A DNA stretch of 23,887 nucleotides. Source: an uncultured virus (IMG/VR IMGVR_UViG_3300029904_000008) (lineage: Duplodnaviria; Heunggongvirae; Uroviricota; Caudoviricetes). Of this stretch, positions 1 through 9,248 are shown in pieces. Below the pieces are notes generated by a model, which had not been told where the DNA came from, made no database searches, and saw only the letters and a program-made list of their open reading frames with translations. Both the position numbers and the translations under genes were made by a program. Positions within the stretch are counted from its first letter, which is position 1. Each line of letters begins with the position of its first letter. The stretch is from IMG/VR virus record IMGVR_UViG_3300029904_000008; one strand, written 5' to 3'.

Positions 1-1360
1 TTACATAACCACTAGGAGCAGCTTTTAATAGAGCATCCCAACCAGAATTGAGATCATTGATAGAAGCGATGTTCGTGGCAAATACCGAAGGCTTACCCGT
101 AATATTCCCCCAAGATACAGAACCAGATCCTGGATCGATAATACAATTAAGGGTACCATCCGAGGTTATTTCAAGACCATCGCCAACCTTAATACCTCCG
201 AGAGTACTAGTGGTAGCTTTAGGTATGGTTACTTGAGATAATATCTCTTGTATGGATATAGTTCCACCATTAGCATGCAACAAGTCATTAGGAGTTTTAC
301 CCACCATATATACACCATTATACCGATATTGAGTTTCCTTTACACCCTCAACGGTACCCTTTCTAAAGGCTGTTATAGATCCGCTTTTAGGATCTATTAT
401 CATTTGAGAAAAATTAGTCTCAGCCCATATTCTTGCTCCACTACTGGATGATTGACCAGGGAATCTTCTTCCTATACCTATATAAAATTTATCATCCTCG
501 TTAGTAGTAGCTTGACCTGAAATATAGATATAAGGAGTAGCAGCCGACCCAGTGCCCTTAGGAGTTATCTGTATATAATCAGAAGAGTATGGACTATTTG
601 CCATTTTACCCCCGGCTAAAGGTAAATAATCATCTAATTCACTTTTCTTGGCATACGTAGCTTCAGCATTGGTATGTTCTAGTGCAAGGTTGTCATTGGT
701 AGCCTTAATTTCCTCATCCAATTGGAGAACTGCCTCGGTAAGGTTAGTTTCCTTAGAGATGTAATTAGCTCCAGTATAGGTATTGGTACCTATAGCACCT
801 TGCAATACAGAAGTATCAGGAATATTTAACTTAGATTTAAGTTCATCAATAGAGATAGTACCACCTGCTGCATGAAGGAGATCAGAAGTAGTTTTTCCAC
901 CTATAGTTACTCCACTCCTGTTAAAGGTTGCCCTTCCTGGCATACTATATGTGTTGTAGAAGCTAAGACCCTCTTTGCCAAGAAATGTAAACTCTGTATA
1001 GCCAGGGCCATCAGTAATATAGTATCCAATTCTTATACCAGTCTCTCGAATCCAAGTGCTATTTACACTTGCTCGCCCAGCAGCTCTTATTTCTACCCGA
1101 GGAGCATTGGAGGTTGTTACATCCAATTGGATATAAGGAGAATCAAATACATCATCTGGTGTAGTAGTTAACACTCCTCCCGTTAAAGGGAGATAACCCC
1201 TTAAATCATCTTTAGTAGCATAATTGCTAAGGTCTACCTCGCTGCCTCCGTAAGCAGAACCATTATAAAATATCTTATGGGTATCGGTTGCCAAATAAAT
1301 ACCATCTAGGTGTTCTTGAACACTGGCTTCTGTACCCACATAAAATTTCATGAAAGCCAT
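1..1360 (-). CDS. Tail/head fibre-like protein, 3' end truncated by window edge (>=453 aa; MAFMKFYVGTEASVQEHLDGIYLATDTHKIFYNGSAYG...)
   Basis: Translated by hand: open from ATG at 1360 to the window edge with no stop, so absent from the ORF track. Fibre-type motifs YLPLxGG (x2), IPKATTSTLGGIKVGDGL and VSWGNITGKP. N-terminus similar to 1419..3116. Confidence 0.85.
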   Translation of the reverse strand, partial: MAFMKFYVGTEASVQEHLDGIYLATDTHKIFYNGSAYGGSEVDLSNYATKDDLRGYLPLTGGVLTTTPDDVFDSPYIQLDVTTSNAPRVEIRAAGRASVNSTWIRETGIRIGYYITDGPGYTEFTFLGKEGLSFYNTYSMPGRATFNRSGVTIGGKTTSDLLHAAGGTISIDELKSKLNIPDTSVLQGAIGTNTYTGANYISKETNLTEAVLQLDEEIKATNDNLALEHTNAEATYAKKSELDDYLPLAGGKMANSPYSSDYIQITPKGTGSAATPYIYISGQATTNEDDKFYIGIGRRFPGQSSSSGARIWAETNFSQMIIDPKSGSITAFRKGTVEGVKETQYRYNGVYMVGKTPNDLLHANGGTISIQEILSQVTIPKATTSTLGGIKVGDGLEITSDGTLNCIIDPGSGSVSWGNITGKPSVFATNIASINDLNSGWDALLKAAPSGYV

Positions 1361-1373
1361 AAGCAAAAACTTT

Positions 1374-1407
1374 AAAAAGGGATAAGAGAACTTAACCCCT
1401 TATCCCT
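1374..1407 (-). terminator. Intrinsic terminator-like hairpin between two fibre genes
   Basis: Minus strand AGGGATAAGGGG-TTAAGT-TCTCTTATCCCT followed by TTTT, just after the stop of 1419..3116. Confidence 0.65.
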
Positions 1408-1418
1408 GTATTATTAAT

Positions 1419-3116
1419 TTATACGTTCTGAATTGTAAGAGCAGCCTCGAGTGCAGCAATACGAGCAATCAAAGCCTCTACCTTAGTTTCTACCTCAGAC
1501 TTAGTAGCATAAGTAGTAGTAATTACATTGCCACTTGCATCCTGAGTTGCCTTGGTAGCAGTTGCAGCATTACCACTAAGAGCACCCTTGAAGGTAGTAG
1601 TAGAGAGAACCTTAGTAGAAGGATTATAGGTAAGTCCCCCTGCCTTGTTAACCCCAGCAGTCTCGGCATTAGTATTATTCGAATTACCAAGCAATACATT
1701 AAATGAACCATCAGTAGAAATAGCGGCAGCTTGAGTAACCTTAGTATCCGTCCAAGGTACAGTTACAAATGCCTTATTTGAACTGAGTTCTACAGGATAA
1801 TTTTTACCGTTCTCAGTATAACCTATCATTATACCACCAAGAGCCGAAGAAGTAGCAACCGGGAGAACATACTTATTAGCACCTTCTGCAATACCATTCA
1901 ACTTCTTCTTATCTGCAGCAGACATTACACCGGCAAGAGTAGTAGTAGCAGCAGGAAGAGTAATAGGAGTATCTGTAGGCTCTCCAGAAGCGGTATTTAT
2001 TACCTGGTTCTTAATTACTACTGTAGTACCTGAAGGAGTTACTGTACCATCCAAGAAACTAAACTTACCCGTCTTAGAAATCTGAGTATAAAGAGTGTCC
2101 AAACGACTCTTATCGGTAGATGACATAAGACCAGCAACCGAAGTAGTAGCAGCCGTAAATGTAATATTAGCTGCAGCCGGGGACTTATAATTCAAACCAG
2201 ACTTAGTAGCTACATTTACATTAATGACTATAGATGTACCATTTACTGAACCTTTAGTAATATTGGATACTAGAGTTCCCGGGAGAGAGCTAATGGCATC
2301 CCTATTAGCTTTACCCTTACCACCATCATAAGCAGTACCAGTTACTTCACCAATTGAGATTGTAGAAGATACCTCTGCAAGCTGGGAACCATCCCAACGA
2401 TAAAGAATATTAACTCGTCCAGAATCACCTGAAGGAGGATTTTTACGGAAGTTATACAGAGTATCCTGCTTGGGTTCTACTACTTCCCATTCAGAACCAT
2501 TATACTCCCGGAACTTCTTATCATTTGAAGTATAAATGAACATACCTTCCTCAGGAGATCCAGGAAGAGTAGAAGTAGTATAAGTACCATCTACACCTTG
2601 TACGGGGGATTGCTGGCCATCCAAATAAGCTGCATCAATCTTACCATCCGCATTCAAAGGTACAACACCATTAGCAGCACCCTTTTCCGTAGCAGGGATC
2701 TGTTTAACATTATCTACATTACCAAGACCTACATCACCTTTTGCAAGAACAGGATTAGTAGAGATCTTCTTACCATTTACAGTATAATTATCAATGGTAT
2801 TCTTAGTAGAAGTTACCAAAGCATTTACTGCAGTAGATACTGGCTTATCAGCATCCGAAGTATTATCTACATTACCAAGACCTACCATTGCCTTAGTCAA
2901 CTGGATAGTATCGGAACCACCATTGACATAGGCAATAGTCATCAAACCAGTAGCATTAATATCTACCGATTTAACAGCCTTAGTAGTAGTAGGCCATCCA
3001 TAGGAAATTCCCTGAAACATAAGTTCGTGGGTATCACTTGCAAAGTAGACGGAATTAGGATAAGTTTCCTGTGAATACTTTGCTTTAGCTCCTTTTACGA
3101 AATTAATAAATGCCAT
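1419..3116 (-). CDS. Tail fibre-like structural protein (565 aa)
   Basis: Thr/Gly/Ala-rich with phage fibre repeats VGLGNVDN (x2), AATTxxAGxMSxxDKxxL (x2), LPVATSSALGGI and GALSGNAATATK; short C-terminal coiled coil. Confidence 0.8.
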   Translation of the reverse strand: MAFINFVKGAKAKYSQETYPNSVYFASDTHELMFQGISYGWPTTTKAVKSVDINATGLMTIAYVNGGSDTIQLTKAMVGLGNVDNTSDADKPVSTAVNALVTSTKNTIDNYTVNGKKISTNPVLAKGDVGLGNVDNVKQIPATEKGAANGVVPLNADGKIDAAYLDGQQSPVQGVDGTYTTSTLPGSPEEGMFIYTSNDKKFREYNGSEWEVVEPKQDTLYNFRKNPPSGDSGRVNILYRWDGSQLAEVSSTISIGEVTGTAYDGGKGKANRDAISSLPGTLVSNITKGSVNGTSIVINVNVATKSGLNYKSPAAANITFTAATTSVAGLMSSTDKSRLDTLYTQISKTGKFSFLDGTVTPSGTTVVIKNQVINTASGEPTDTPITLPAATTTLAGVMSAADKKKLNGIAEGANKYVLPVATSSALGGIMIGYTENGKNYPVELSSNKAFVTVPWTDTKVTQAAAISTDGSFNVLLGNSNNTNAETAGVNKAGGLTYNPSTKVLSTTTFKGALSGNAATATKATQDASGNVITTTYATKSEVETKVEALIARIAALEAALTIQNV

Positions 3117-3135
3117 AGTTTTTAAATCTTTAAGT

Positions 3136-5355
3136 TTATACTAGTTGTAAAGTTAATGAAGAAGTTACATCTGTTTTGAATTGATTATAATCCGATTTGA
3201 GATCCTCATGATCGGATTTGAGAGTGTTATAATCCTCAATATGTTGAGAATACTCGGTGTCTTTCCAACCCTCAAATTTACTATCAAGGCTATCTATCTG
3301 ATTCTGGAGATTAGTATCAGCAGCTTCCCTATCGGCAATTTCTTGATCCAGCTTTTCATTAGTTGCTCGATCAGAGGCAAGAAGTTTAGCTACTTCATCA
3401 TCAATCCTCTTATTAATATCATCCCTAATAGCCTGATCCGCGGCTTCCCTGTCTTGGATCTCCTTTTCAAGATTATCCTCTACTTGGTTTACCTGATCGG
3501 TGAGTTCTTGATACTGTTCAACTACAGTATCCATATTAGTTTTAAACTCATCTACTCTTTCCTGAAGAGCCTGAATAAGTTCGAGGTTATGCTGGATATT
3601 AGCTACATTCTGATTAATCCTTGCATCCTGAGCATCGATCCTATTAGATAAGGCAGTATCTGCTGCAACTAATTCGGATTTGGCAGTATTCAGAGCATTG
3701 GTAAGAGTTTCATTTATCTTATCAATATTACTTTGCAATGTAGTAATTGCCTGTGCTCTAGCCGTAGCCTCTTCCTGGATATCAGATTGAAGTTCGGTGT
3801 CCTTTGCAGAACGAGCTGATGTTTCAGCATCTATCTTTGCCTGGAGTTCATCCTTAACCTTTTTATCTTCAGAAGCCCTTAATTCGATCTCATCATTCAA
3901 CTGTTCGGTAATGGCTGAGATCTTTTGGGTAATAGTAGCAGCAAAATTAGGGTCATCACCTAATGCCTTAGCAATCTCTTCCAGAGTATCTAATACCTCA
4001 GGAGCAGAACCAATAATCTTTTCTATTGCCTGATTTACTTGAGCTTCTGTTTGATAACCCAAATCATTTTCCAATTCTGATACCTTAGTTATTACCTTAG
4101 CACCTTCTTGGATAGAATTCAGTTTAGCAAGAAGTTCATCTGTAAAATCATTCTCAGAAAGACCCTTACCATCTACCTTATCTACTTTATCATCAAGTTT
4201 AACCTGAATCTTTTCTACTTCAGACTGGATATCCTCAGTTACCTTAGTAACCTCACTAGCTATCTTATCATTCAAATCATCAATACGATGACCAAGAGCA
4301 GTATCATCACTAGCCCTTTGCTGCTGTTCTGATGCAATAGAATGAGTAAGATTAGTATCGGCTAATTCTCTTGCAGATGTCTCAGCAGTTATCTGTGCTT
4401 GTAAAGAATCCAAAGAATCATTGAATTCATCCTTAGCATCTTGAATCTGTTCTGCAAAAGAATCCTTTAGAGTTTCATCAGCTGACTGTCTATCGGAAGC
4501 TTCCTTTGCAACAGCATCCTTAATCTCCTGCTTTACCTTACCGATCTCTTGATCTGTGTAAGCTTGGTTATCTCCGATACCCCCCTTAACTTCCTCAATA
4601 TCAGCATTATGCTTAGCAGTAAGATCATCAATGTTTTTCTGAAGTTTAGTTTCTTCAGCAACTGCCCTATCCTTCTCAGTAGTAATAGAAGCTTGAAGAT
4701 CTGATTTGACTGTAGCTATCTGTTGAACCAGTTCTGTTTTTTGTTCTGCAACCGTAGTAGTAAGGTCATTTACTTTATCATCTACAGCTTTAATAGATCC
4801 CGTTAATTCGGTCCTAAGTGAAGCTAATTGGGTATAAAGTTCCTGTACCTTATTTACTGTATCCAAATTAAGATTGGATATTTTGGTATCTAACTCATTC
4901 TCCTTAGTCTTTGCCCTAGTAATTTCCTCATTCAAGGCAGTCTGCAAGGCAGTTACTTGGTTGATGATATTAGTAGCAAAATTAGGATCATTGTTGAGAG
5001 CATCGGCAAGTTCTTTAAGGGTATCAAGAGCTTCCCCGGAACCATCAATAAGATCATTAATAGCCTGATCTACTTCTTCCTTAGTCTGAAAATGAAGATC
5101 ATTTTCCAGTTGTGATACCTTGGTAACTGCATTAGTTACCAAATTCTCCAACTTGGCTTTTAACTCATCGGTAAAATCATTCTGAGAAAGACCATAGCCT
5201 TCCTTTTGATCAACCTTATTGGAGATAGAAAGGATCAATTTCCAGAACTCTTTCAAGGTACCTACGAATCCCTCAGTAACAGCATCATCGTAGTAACCTT
5301 GTAAAAGTCTCTGATCGACCTCTTCTCCGGTTTTATAATATTTACTTACGTACAT
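3136..5355 (-). CDS. Long coiled-coil fibre/whisker-like virion protein (739 aa) with internal duplication
   Basis: Heptad-rich acidic sequence with two copies of GxGLSxNDFTDELxAKL...LDTLxExAxALxxDPNFA, motifs typical of phage fibre proteins. Confidence 0.75.
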   Translation of the reverse strand: MYVSKYYKTGEEVDQRLLQGYYDDAVTEGFVGTLKEFWKLILSISNKVDQKEGYGLSQNDFTDELKAKLENLVTNAVTKVSQLENDLHFQTKEEVDQAINDLIDGSGEALDTLKELADALNNDPNFATNIINQVTALQTALNEEITRAKTKENELDTKISNLNLDTVNKVQELYTQLASLRTELTGSIKAVDDKVNDLTTTVAEQKTELVQQIATVKSDLQASITTEKDRAVAEETKLQKNIDDLTAKHNADIEEVKGGIGDNQAYTDQEIGKVKQEIKDAVAKEASDRQSADETLKDSFAEQIQDAKDEFNDSLDSLQAQITAETSARELADTNLTHSIASEQQQRASDDTALGHRIDDLNDKIASEVTKVTEDIQSEVEKIQVKLDDKVDKVDGKGLSENDFTDELLAKLNSIQEGAKVITKVSELENDLGYQTEAQVNQAIEKIIGSAPEVLDTLEEIAKALGDDPNFAATITQKISAITEQLNDEIELRASEDKKVKDELQAKIDAETSARSAKDTELQSDIQEEATARAQAITTLQSNIDKINETLTNALNTAKSELVAADTALSNRIDAQDARINQNVANIQHNLELIQALQERVDEFKTNMDTVVEQYQELTDQVNQVEDNLEKEIQDREAADQAIRDDINKRIDDEVAKLLASDRATNEKLDQEIADREAADTNLQNQIDSLDSKFEGWKDTEYSQHIEDYNTLKSDHEDLKSDYNQFKTDVTSSLTLQLV

Positions 5356-5366
5356 AGGTATAGAAT

Positions 5367-5789
5367 TTAAGTTCCAAAACAGAAAATTTCACTATTTCCA
5401 CTCCTGAAATACTCCATATCTTGAGTAGCAAAAGCATTGGGTATATCATCAGGATTCTCCGGGTCTATATCACCAGCATCCTCTACATTACCCATTACTA
5501 CGGCATAAGTAGGCAACTTATCTATTCGGATCTTTAAGATTTGACCTATTCCCGTGATCCCAGGAACTAAGTTGTCATATAGTACACCGAAATAATCGTG
5601 GTATTTAGAAGTAAACTTCTGGCCAGATAAACTGTGATGTATAGCCATATAATGACTATCATCATCATCCATTTCAAGATGTAAACCCAAAACTCCGGAG
5701 TTCAACTTAATCAAGTTGCTATCATACCAAATCTCCCCATCAAGGATTATTTCGGTAAATCTCAACTGTAGAGTTGTGTAATTCGCCAT
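5367..5789 (-). CDS. Hypothetical structural-module protein (140 aa)
   Basis: ATG ORF tightly packed in the structural operon with an AT-rich leader; no recognised motif. Confidence 0.75.
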   Translation of the reverse strand: MANYTTLQLRFTEIILDGEIWYDSNLIKLNSGVLGLHLEMDDDDSHYMAIHHSLSGQKFTSKYHDYFGVLYDNLVPGITGIGQILKIRIDKLPTYAVVMGNVEDAGDIDPENPDDIPNAFATQDMEYFRSGNSEIFCFGT

Positions 5790-5799
5790 AGTTTTAAGT

Positions 5800-6285
5800 T
5801 TAAATAAAGTTTAAGCTTAGTACATCTTTATCCCTTTTAAGGATTACCAGGAATACCAAAGCTTGGTCCTTTGCTTGAGCTACTTGAGTATCACCGGAGG
5901 GTTTATAAATAATCCCGTTAATGATGAACCTATCCTCGGACCAATTGAAATCCCAGTATCCATCAGAATTAAGATGACCTATAGATTTAAGGAATGAATC
6001 GGTTATCATAATAGATAAGTTCTCTTCATCCAATTCTCCAGTTACTGTTTCCTTATTTATAGGCCAGTTACGGAAGGAATTATAATAACAAAGAGCTTCT
6101 ATCTGAATATTCTGGTATACAGGGTTATAATCCTCTCCATGTGTCATAGGTTGCATTATCCGTTTAGCCCAAGTTATAGTTTGGCGTCCGGCATCTACAT
6201 CCATAAACTGTCGGATAATAGATTTATACCTTTCCCAAGATTTATTCCTTACAAATCTAAAAGGGTATTTCGTAGTCATAATCAC
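5800..6285 (-). CDS. Putative head-closure / head-tail joining protein
   Basis: Follows the adaptor-like gene with an ATGA overlap; beta-rich pattern ending DRFIINGIIYKP...FLVILKR, as in head-tail joining proteins. Confidence 0.55.
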   Translation of the reverse strand: MIMTTKYPFRFVRNKSWERYKSIIRQFMDVDAGRQTITWAKRIMQPMTHGEDYNPVYQNIQIEALCYYNSFRNWPINKETVTGELDEENLSIMITDSFLKSIGHLNSDGYWDFNWSEDRFIINGIIYKPSGDTQVAQAKDQALVFLVILKRDKDVLSLNFI

Positions 6286-7166
6286 CTCCTCCTTAATACT
6301 GCTCTAGGATTAGGTACATCAAATGGTCCAGGTCTCTTTAAATGCCTTACTCTTGGAGGTATAATGGGTTGATAGTTCTCACAGAATGGTAAGAATATAT
6401 CCAATCTACTTGCCAATGTACACAAGTTATGCCTCAACTCATCGATAATCCCCCCAGGTTTAAGAGAATTGGTAAATGCCGTGAAAAGAGAACTTCCAGA
6501 TTCTGAAAGAGAATCATAATACTCTACTTCGGTAGGACCCGTCTTAATGGATTTAATCCTATCACCACGAGCTGATTCTGATTCTATTTCGTCCTCTTCT
6601 TCTCCACCTGAGGTACCTGGATTCTTAGCGGATATTACTCCTGAAACATACTCATTGGCTGTTATGAGCAAATTCATTATCCGAACATTTAAGAAATCCC
6701 AAGCAGCCAATTCCATTATCAATTGATTCTCTAGTCCTTCATAATACAATTCATTGTTATATTCTTCAACAGGTACGCAATGATTTACTAGAGGCTGAAT
6801 ATACAGCTGCCATTTATTGATATATACTTCCTTATCCTCGTTAGTCATGCCTTCCTTGAATAACTCGGTAGGGATATATTTATCAATGAGATTATAAATA
6901 CTATCGGATAGATGTGTTTTTACCTTATCAGTAACAATAATCTGTTTAGCTACAGTTTCATTTAATTTCTCAGATGAATTAGTAACTGTTAATGTTACTG
7001 TATAAAATCCAGGTTTTTCATAAGTATAGGTGGGCAACTTCTTATTATAGAAGTACCCATTATCATCACCAAGGTCCCACTCATATATGGATTTGGGTGG
7101 GACTTTGGTAGTGACTCTAAAAGAAACCTCTAGACCTTGTGTTGTATATGCAAAGTCCAGATTCAT
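6282..7166 (-). CDS. PKD (Ig-like) domain fused to a putative head-tail adaptor/neck protein
   Basis: N-terminal PKD signature YEWDLGD...PTYTYEKPGFYTVTLTVTN; C-terminal helical region with IKSIKTGPTEVEY resembling adaptor beta-hairpins; position downstream of the capsid gene. Confidence 0.7.
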   Translation of the reverse strand: MNLDFAYTTQGLEVSFRVTTKVPPKSIYEWDLGDDNGYFYNKKLPTYTYEKPGFYTVTLTVTNSSEKLNETVAKQIIVTDKVKTHLSDSIYNLIDKYIPTELFKEGMTNEDKEVYINKWQLYIQPLVNHCVPVEEYNNELYYEGLENQLIMELAAWDFLNVRIMNLLITANEYVSGVISAKNPGTSGGEEEDEIESESARGDRIKSIKTGPTEVEYYDSLSESGSSLFTAFTNSLKPGGIIDELRHNLCTLASRLDIFLPFCENYQPIIPPRVRHLKRPGPFDVPNPRAVLRRR

Positions 7167-7179
7167 AATGGGTTATTTT

Positions 7180-7560
7180 TTATTCCTCGGTATCAGATAA
7201 AAGAACCTCAAGAATAGATTGAACAGTATCTTTTTCATCGTACTCTACTCCTTTGGATTTAGCAACCAGCTTAGCTTCCTCAAGTGAATAAGCCTTTGCT
7301 ATCTTGGATATTTCCATACCATTAGATTGCTGCTTCTTCATCTTCTTGTATAGCCTATCTATTGCCTTTTCATCGTACTTGTTAACCTTAGCTCCTTCCT
7401 GAACCATTACCAAATGACCCGAGTTGATGGCCATTTGTATTCTTTTGGTACGATACTGAGCTCCGGTAAGTTCTTTTACTTCTCCTCGGATAATGTTAAT
7501 ACCGGTTGACTGGTCATAAAAGCTGTAAGCATTAGGACCTGTAGTTACTTGATATTTCAT
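7180..7560 (-). CDS. Hypothetical protein downstream of major capsid, possible C-terminal HeH/Rho-N-like helical domain
   Basis: ATG ORF; C-terminal SLEEAKLVAKSKGVEYDEKDTVQSILEVL resembles helix-extension-helix modules often found after capsid genes. Confidence 0.6.
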   Translation of the reverse strand: MKYQVTTGPNAYSFYDQSTGINIIRGEVKELTGAQYRTKRIQMAINSGHLVMVQEGAKVNKYDEKAIDRLYKKMKKQQSNGMEISKIAKAYSLEEAKLVAKSKGVEYDEKDTVQSILEVLLSDTEE

Positions 7561-7590
7561 ATGGCTGTTAAATTTTTAGGTTATATAATA

Positions 7591-7635
7591 GGGGCTGGGA
7601 TCATTCTTAGGTCATGGCACGTCCATCCCAGCCCC
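7591..7635 (-). terminator. GC-rich stem-loop immediately 3' of the major capsid gene (terminator or mRNA stabiliser)
   Basis: Perfect 11-bp inverted repeat GGGGCTGGGAT/ATCCCAGCCCC with a 23-nt loop; only a weak U-tract follows on the minus strand. Confidence 0.55.
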
Positions 7636-7644
7636 AGAGAGTAA

Positions 7645-8763
7645 TTACTCAAGATTTACCAAAAGATACGGATCCACATTCATGAACTCCGGGAACGGAT
7701 TAGCAGTGAATGTCTTGCTAGAATCCATCATAACCACTGCATCCTGATACATCTTGCTGAATCCCGTTGTAAGAGTAGCATAAACTGCCTCAGTCTGGTT
7801 AGATACTATCCTCTCAGATTCAAGCATAAGCTGACGAGCAGTAAGTTTGATCATTGCAGCAGACTTATCCAACATAAGGATCTGATTCTCGGGAGTTCCC
7901 GGATGGATGTAGAAGTTTGCAGAATTAGGAACAGGAGATTGTACATTCAGAGTTGCCTCCGTAGTACCAGCATGACGTTCCTTGAATTCAGGGAGATTCA
8001 GCATCTCAATTGCCTGGTCTTCACCACCAATGATCGTAGTAAAGTTACGGCCCATACGAGCAGCACGTACCCATAGATGGAGAAGATCCTTATAAGTGAT
8101 ACCATCTGCGGTTGCATATACACCAATTACCGGGGCAGATTCAGAACCATCAGGCTGGTTACCATTGATAGCAACATCCATTGCCAAAGTATCCATTGCA
8201 TAACCCAGCTGGATTCCGAAGTCACGGAGGTAAATGCCAAGAACATCGAGAGATACATAATTCTTAACCTCATCGGTAAGTTTGAATCCCTTTCCGATCT
8301 TGAACAGCCTAACTGACTTCTGTCCGAAGCTGATAGTTCCCAACGGAATGGTCTCAGCCTCATTTACCTTAGCAGGAGCAGCATCACTCATGTTAATGTG
8401 AGGCATGATTGCTGAGAGACCATTTATCGACTGGTCAGATGCAATTATGTTAGGATAGAAGGGTGCCTGACGCATACCAAGGGTAATGGCTGAACGAATA
8501 ATCTCGGGAACAATCCACCTTACCGTCTGATCCGGCATAGTGAACAAGTTCTGCATGGTATCAATTTTAGGATTGATACCCATCTTCTCGAAGAACTCAT
8601 CCTGAGAAATTCCCCATTTACCCTTTACTACCTCTTCCAGTGTAACATCTACTGGCTTGTGCTGTGTATCTCCAGCACGGAGAGCATCCATGTGCTTTAC
8701 GATACCAGGAAGTTCATTACGAAAATCCTGAGCTTTCATTTTTGTTATATCAATCTGTGACAT
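7645..8763 (-). CDS. Major capsid protein (HK97-like fold, 372 aa)
   Basis: Size and synteny (portal-protease-decoration-capsid); motifs IVPEIIR, PAKVNEAETIP, KIGKGFKLTDE and AINGNQPDG typical of HK97-fold capsids. Confidence 0.88.
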   Translation of the reverse strand: MSQIDITKMKAQDFRNELPGIVKHMDALRAGDTQHKPVDVTLEEVVKGKWGISQDEFFEKMGINPKIDTMQNLFTMPDQTVRWIVPEIIRSAITLGMRQAPFYPNIIASDQSINGLSAIMPHINMSDAAPAKVNEAETIPLGTISFGQKSVRLFKIGKGFKLTDEVKNYVSLDVLGIYLRDFGIQLGYAMDTLAMDVAINGNQPDGSESAPVIGVYATADGITYKDLLHLWVRAARMGRNFTTIIGGEDQAIEMLNLPEFKERHAGTTEATLNVQSPVPNSANFYIHPGTPENQILMLDKSAAMIKLTARQLMLESERIVSNQTEAVYATLTTGFSKMYQDAVVMMDSSKTFTANPFPEFMNVDPYLLVNLE

Positions 8764-8775
8764 AGTTGTTTTAAT

Positions 8776-9228
8776 TTATCGGATTATTACCTGAATAAGT
8801 TCGTTTGCCTCATCAGCTTTTGTGATAGAGATAAATCGAGTTTCCTCTGCAGAAGTAGCAGCAACACTGAAACGATCATTTAGAAGTGTTCCATCAGGCT
8901 GTACATATCCGCAATCGAGAGCTTCCTTAGATACCCAGTTACAGATAGCATAACCTTCCATCATAACGGTAACCTCTACAGGGAAGTTCCTCTGAGCACC
9001 ATATGCCGGATTTACGTTATCAGTAACAGCTATACCCAAGTATACCTGGCCTTCATCACCTGTAAATGGTTCTATCTGACCCTCTGCAGTGATTGCCACC
9101 GGCATACCCTTTACTATCTTCTTATCCTCAGCTACTGTAAAAGCCTGATGAAGTTTGTGTGATTCACTTTTATAAATCACTACCCTTGGAGTTTTTTCTC
9201 CAAAGAGTGTCAACGGAGTTTCTTTCAT
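8776..9228 (-). CDS. Putative head decoration / capsid cement protein
   Basis: 150 aa between scaffold and capsid; IVKGMPVAITAEG...YLGIAV...VTVMMEG pattern characteristic of capsid cement proteins. Confidence 0.65.
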   Translation of the reverse strand: MKETPLTLFGEKTPRVVIYKSESHKLHQAFTVAEDKKIVKGMPVAITAEGQIEPFTGDEGQVYLGIAVTDNVNPAYGAQRNFPVEVTVMMEGYAICNWVSKEALDCGYVQPDGTLLNDRFSVAATSAEETRFISITKADEANELIQVIIR

Positions 9229-9248
9229 AATGTTATTCTTTTTAATTA

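Noticed and set aside
48..1171. Plus-strand ORFs 48..236, 248..451 and 872..1171
   Set aside because: Antisense shadows of the real minus-strand fibre gene 1..1360.
1..5355. Diversity-generating retroelement or invertase-shuffled fibre cassette
   Set aside because: No reverse transcriptase, recombinase or adenine-specific TR/VR pair is seen; the repeats are diverged at the protein level.
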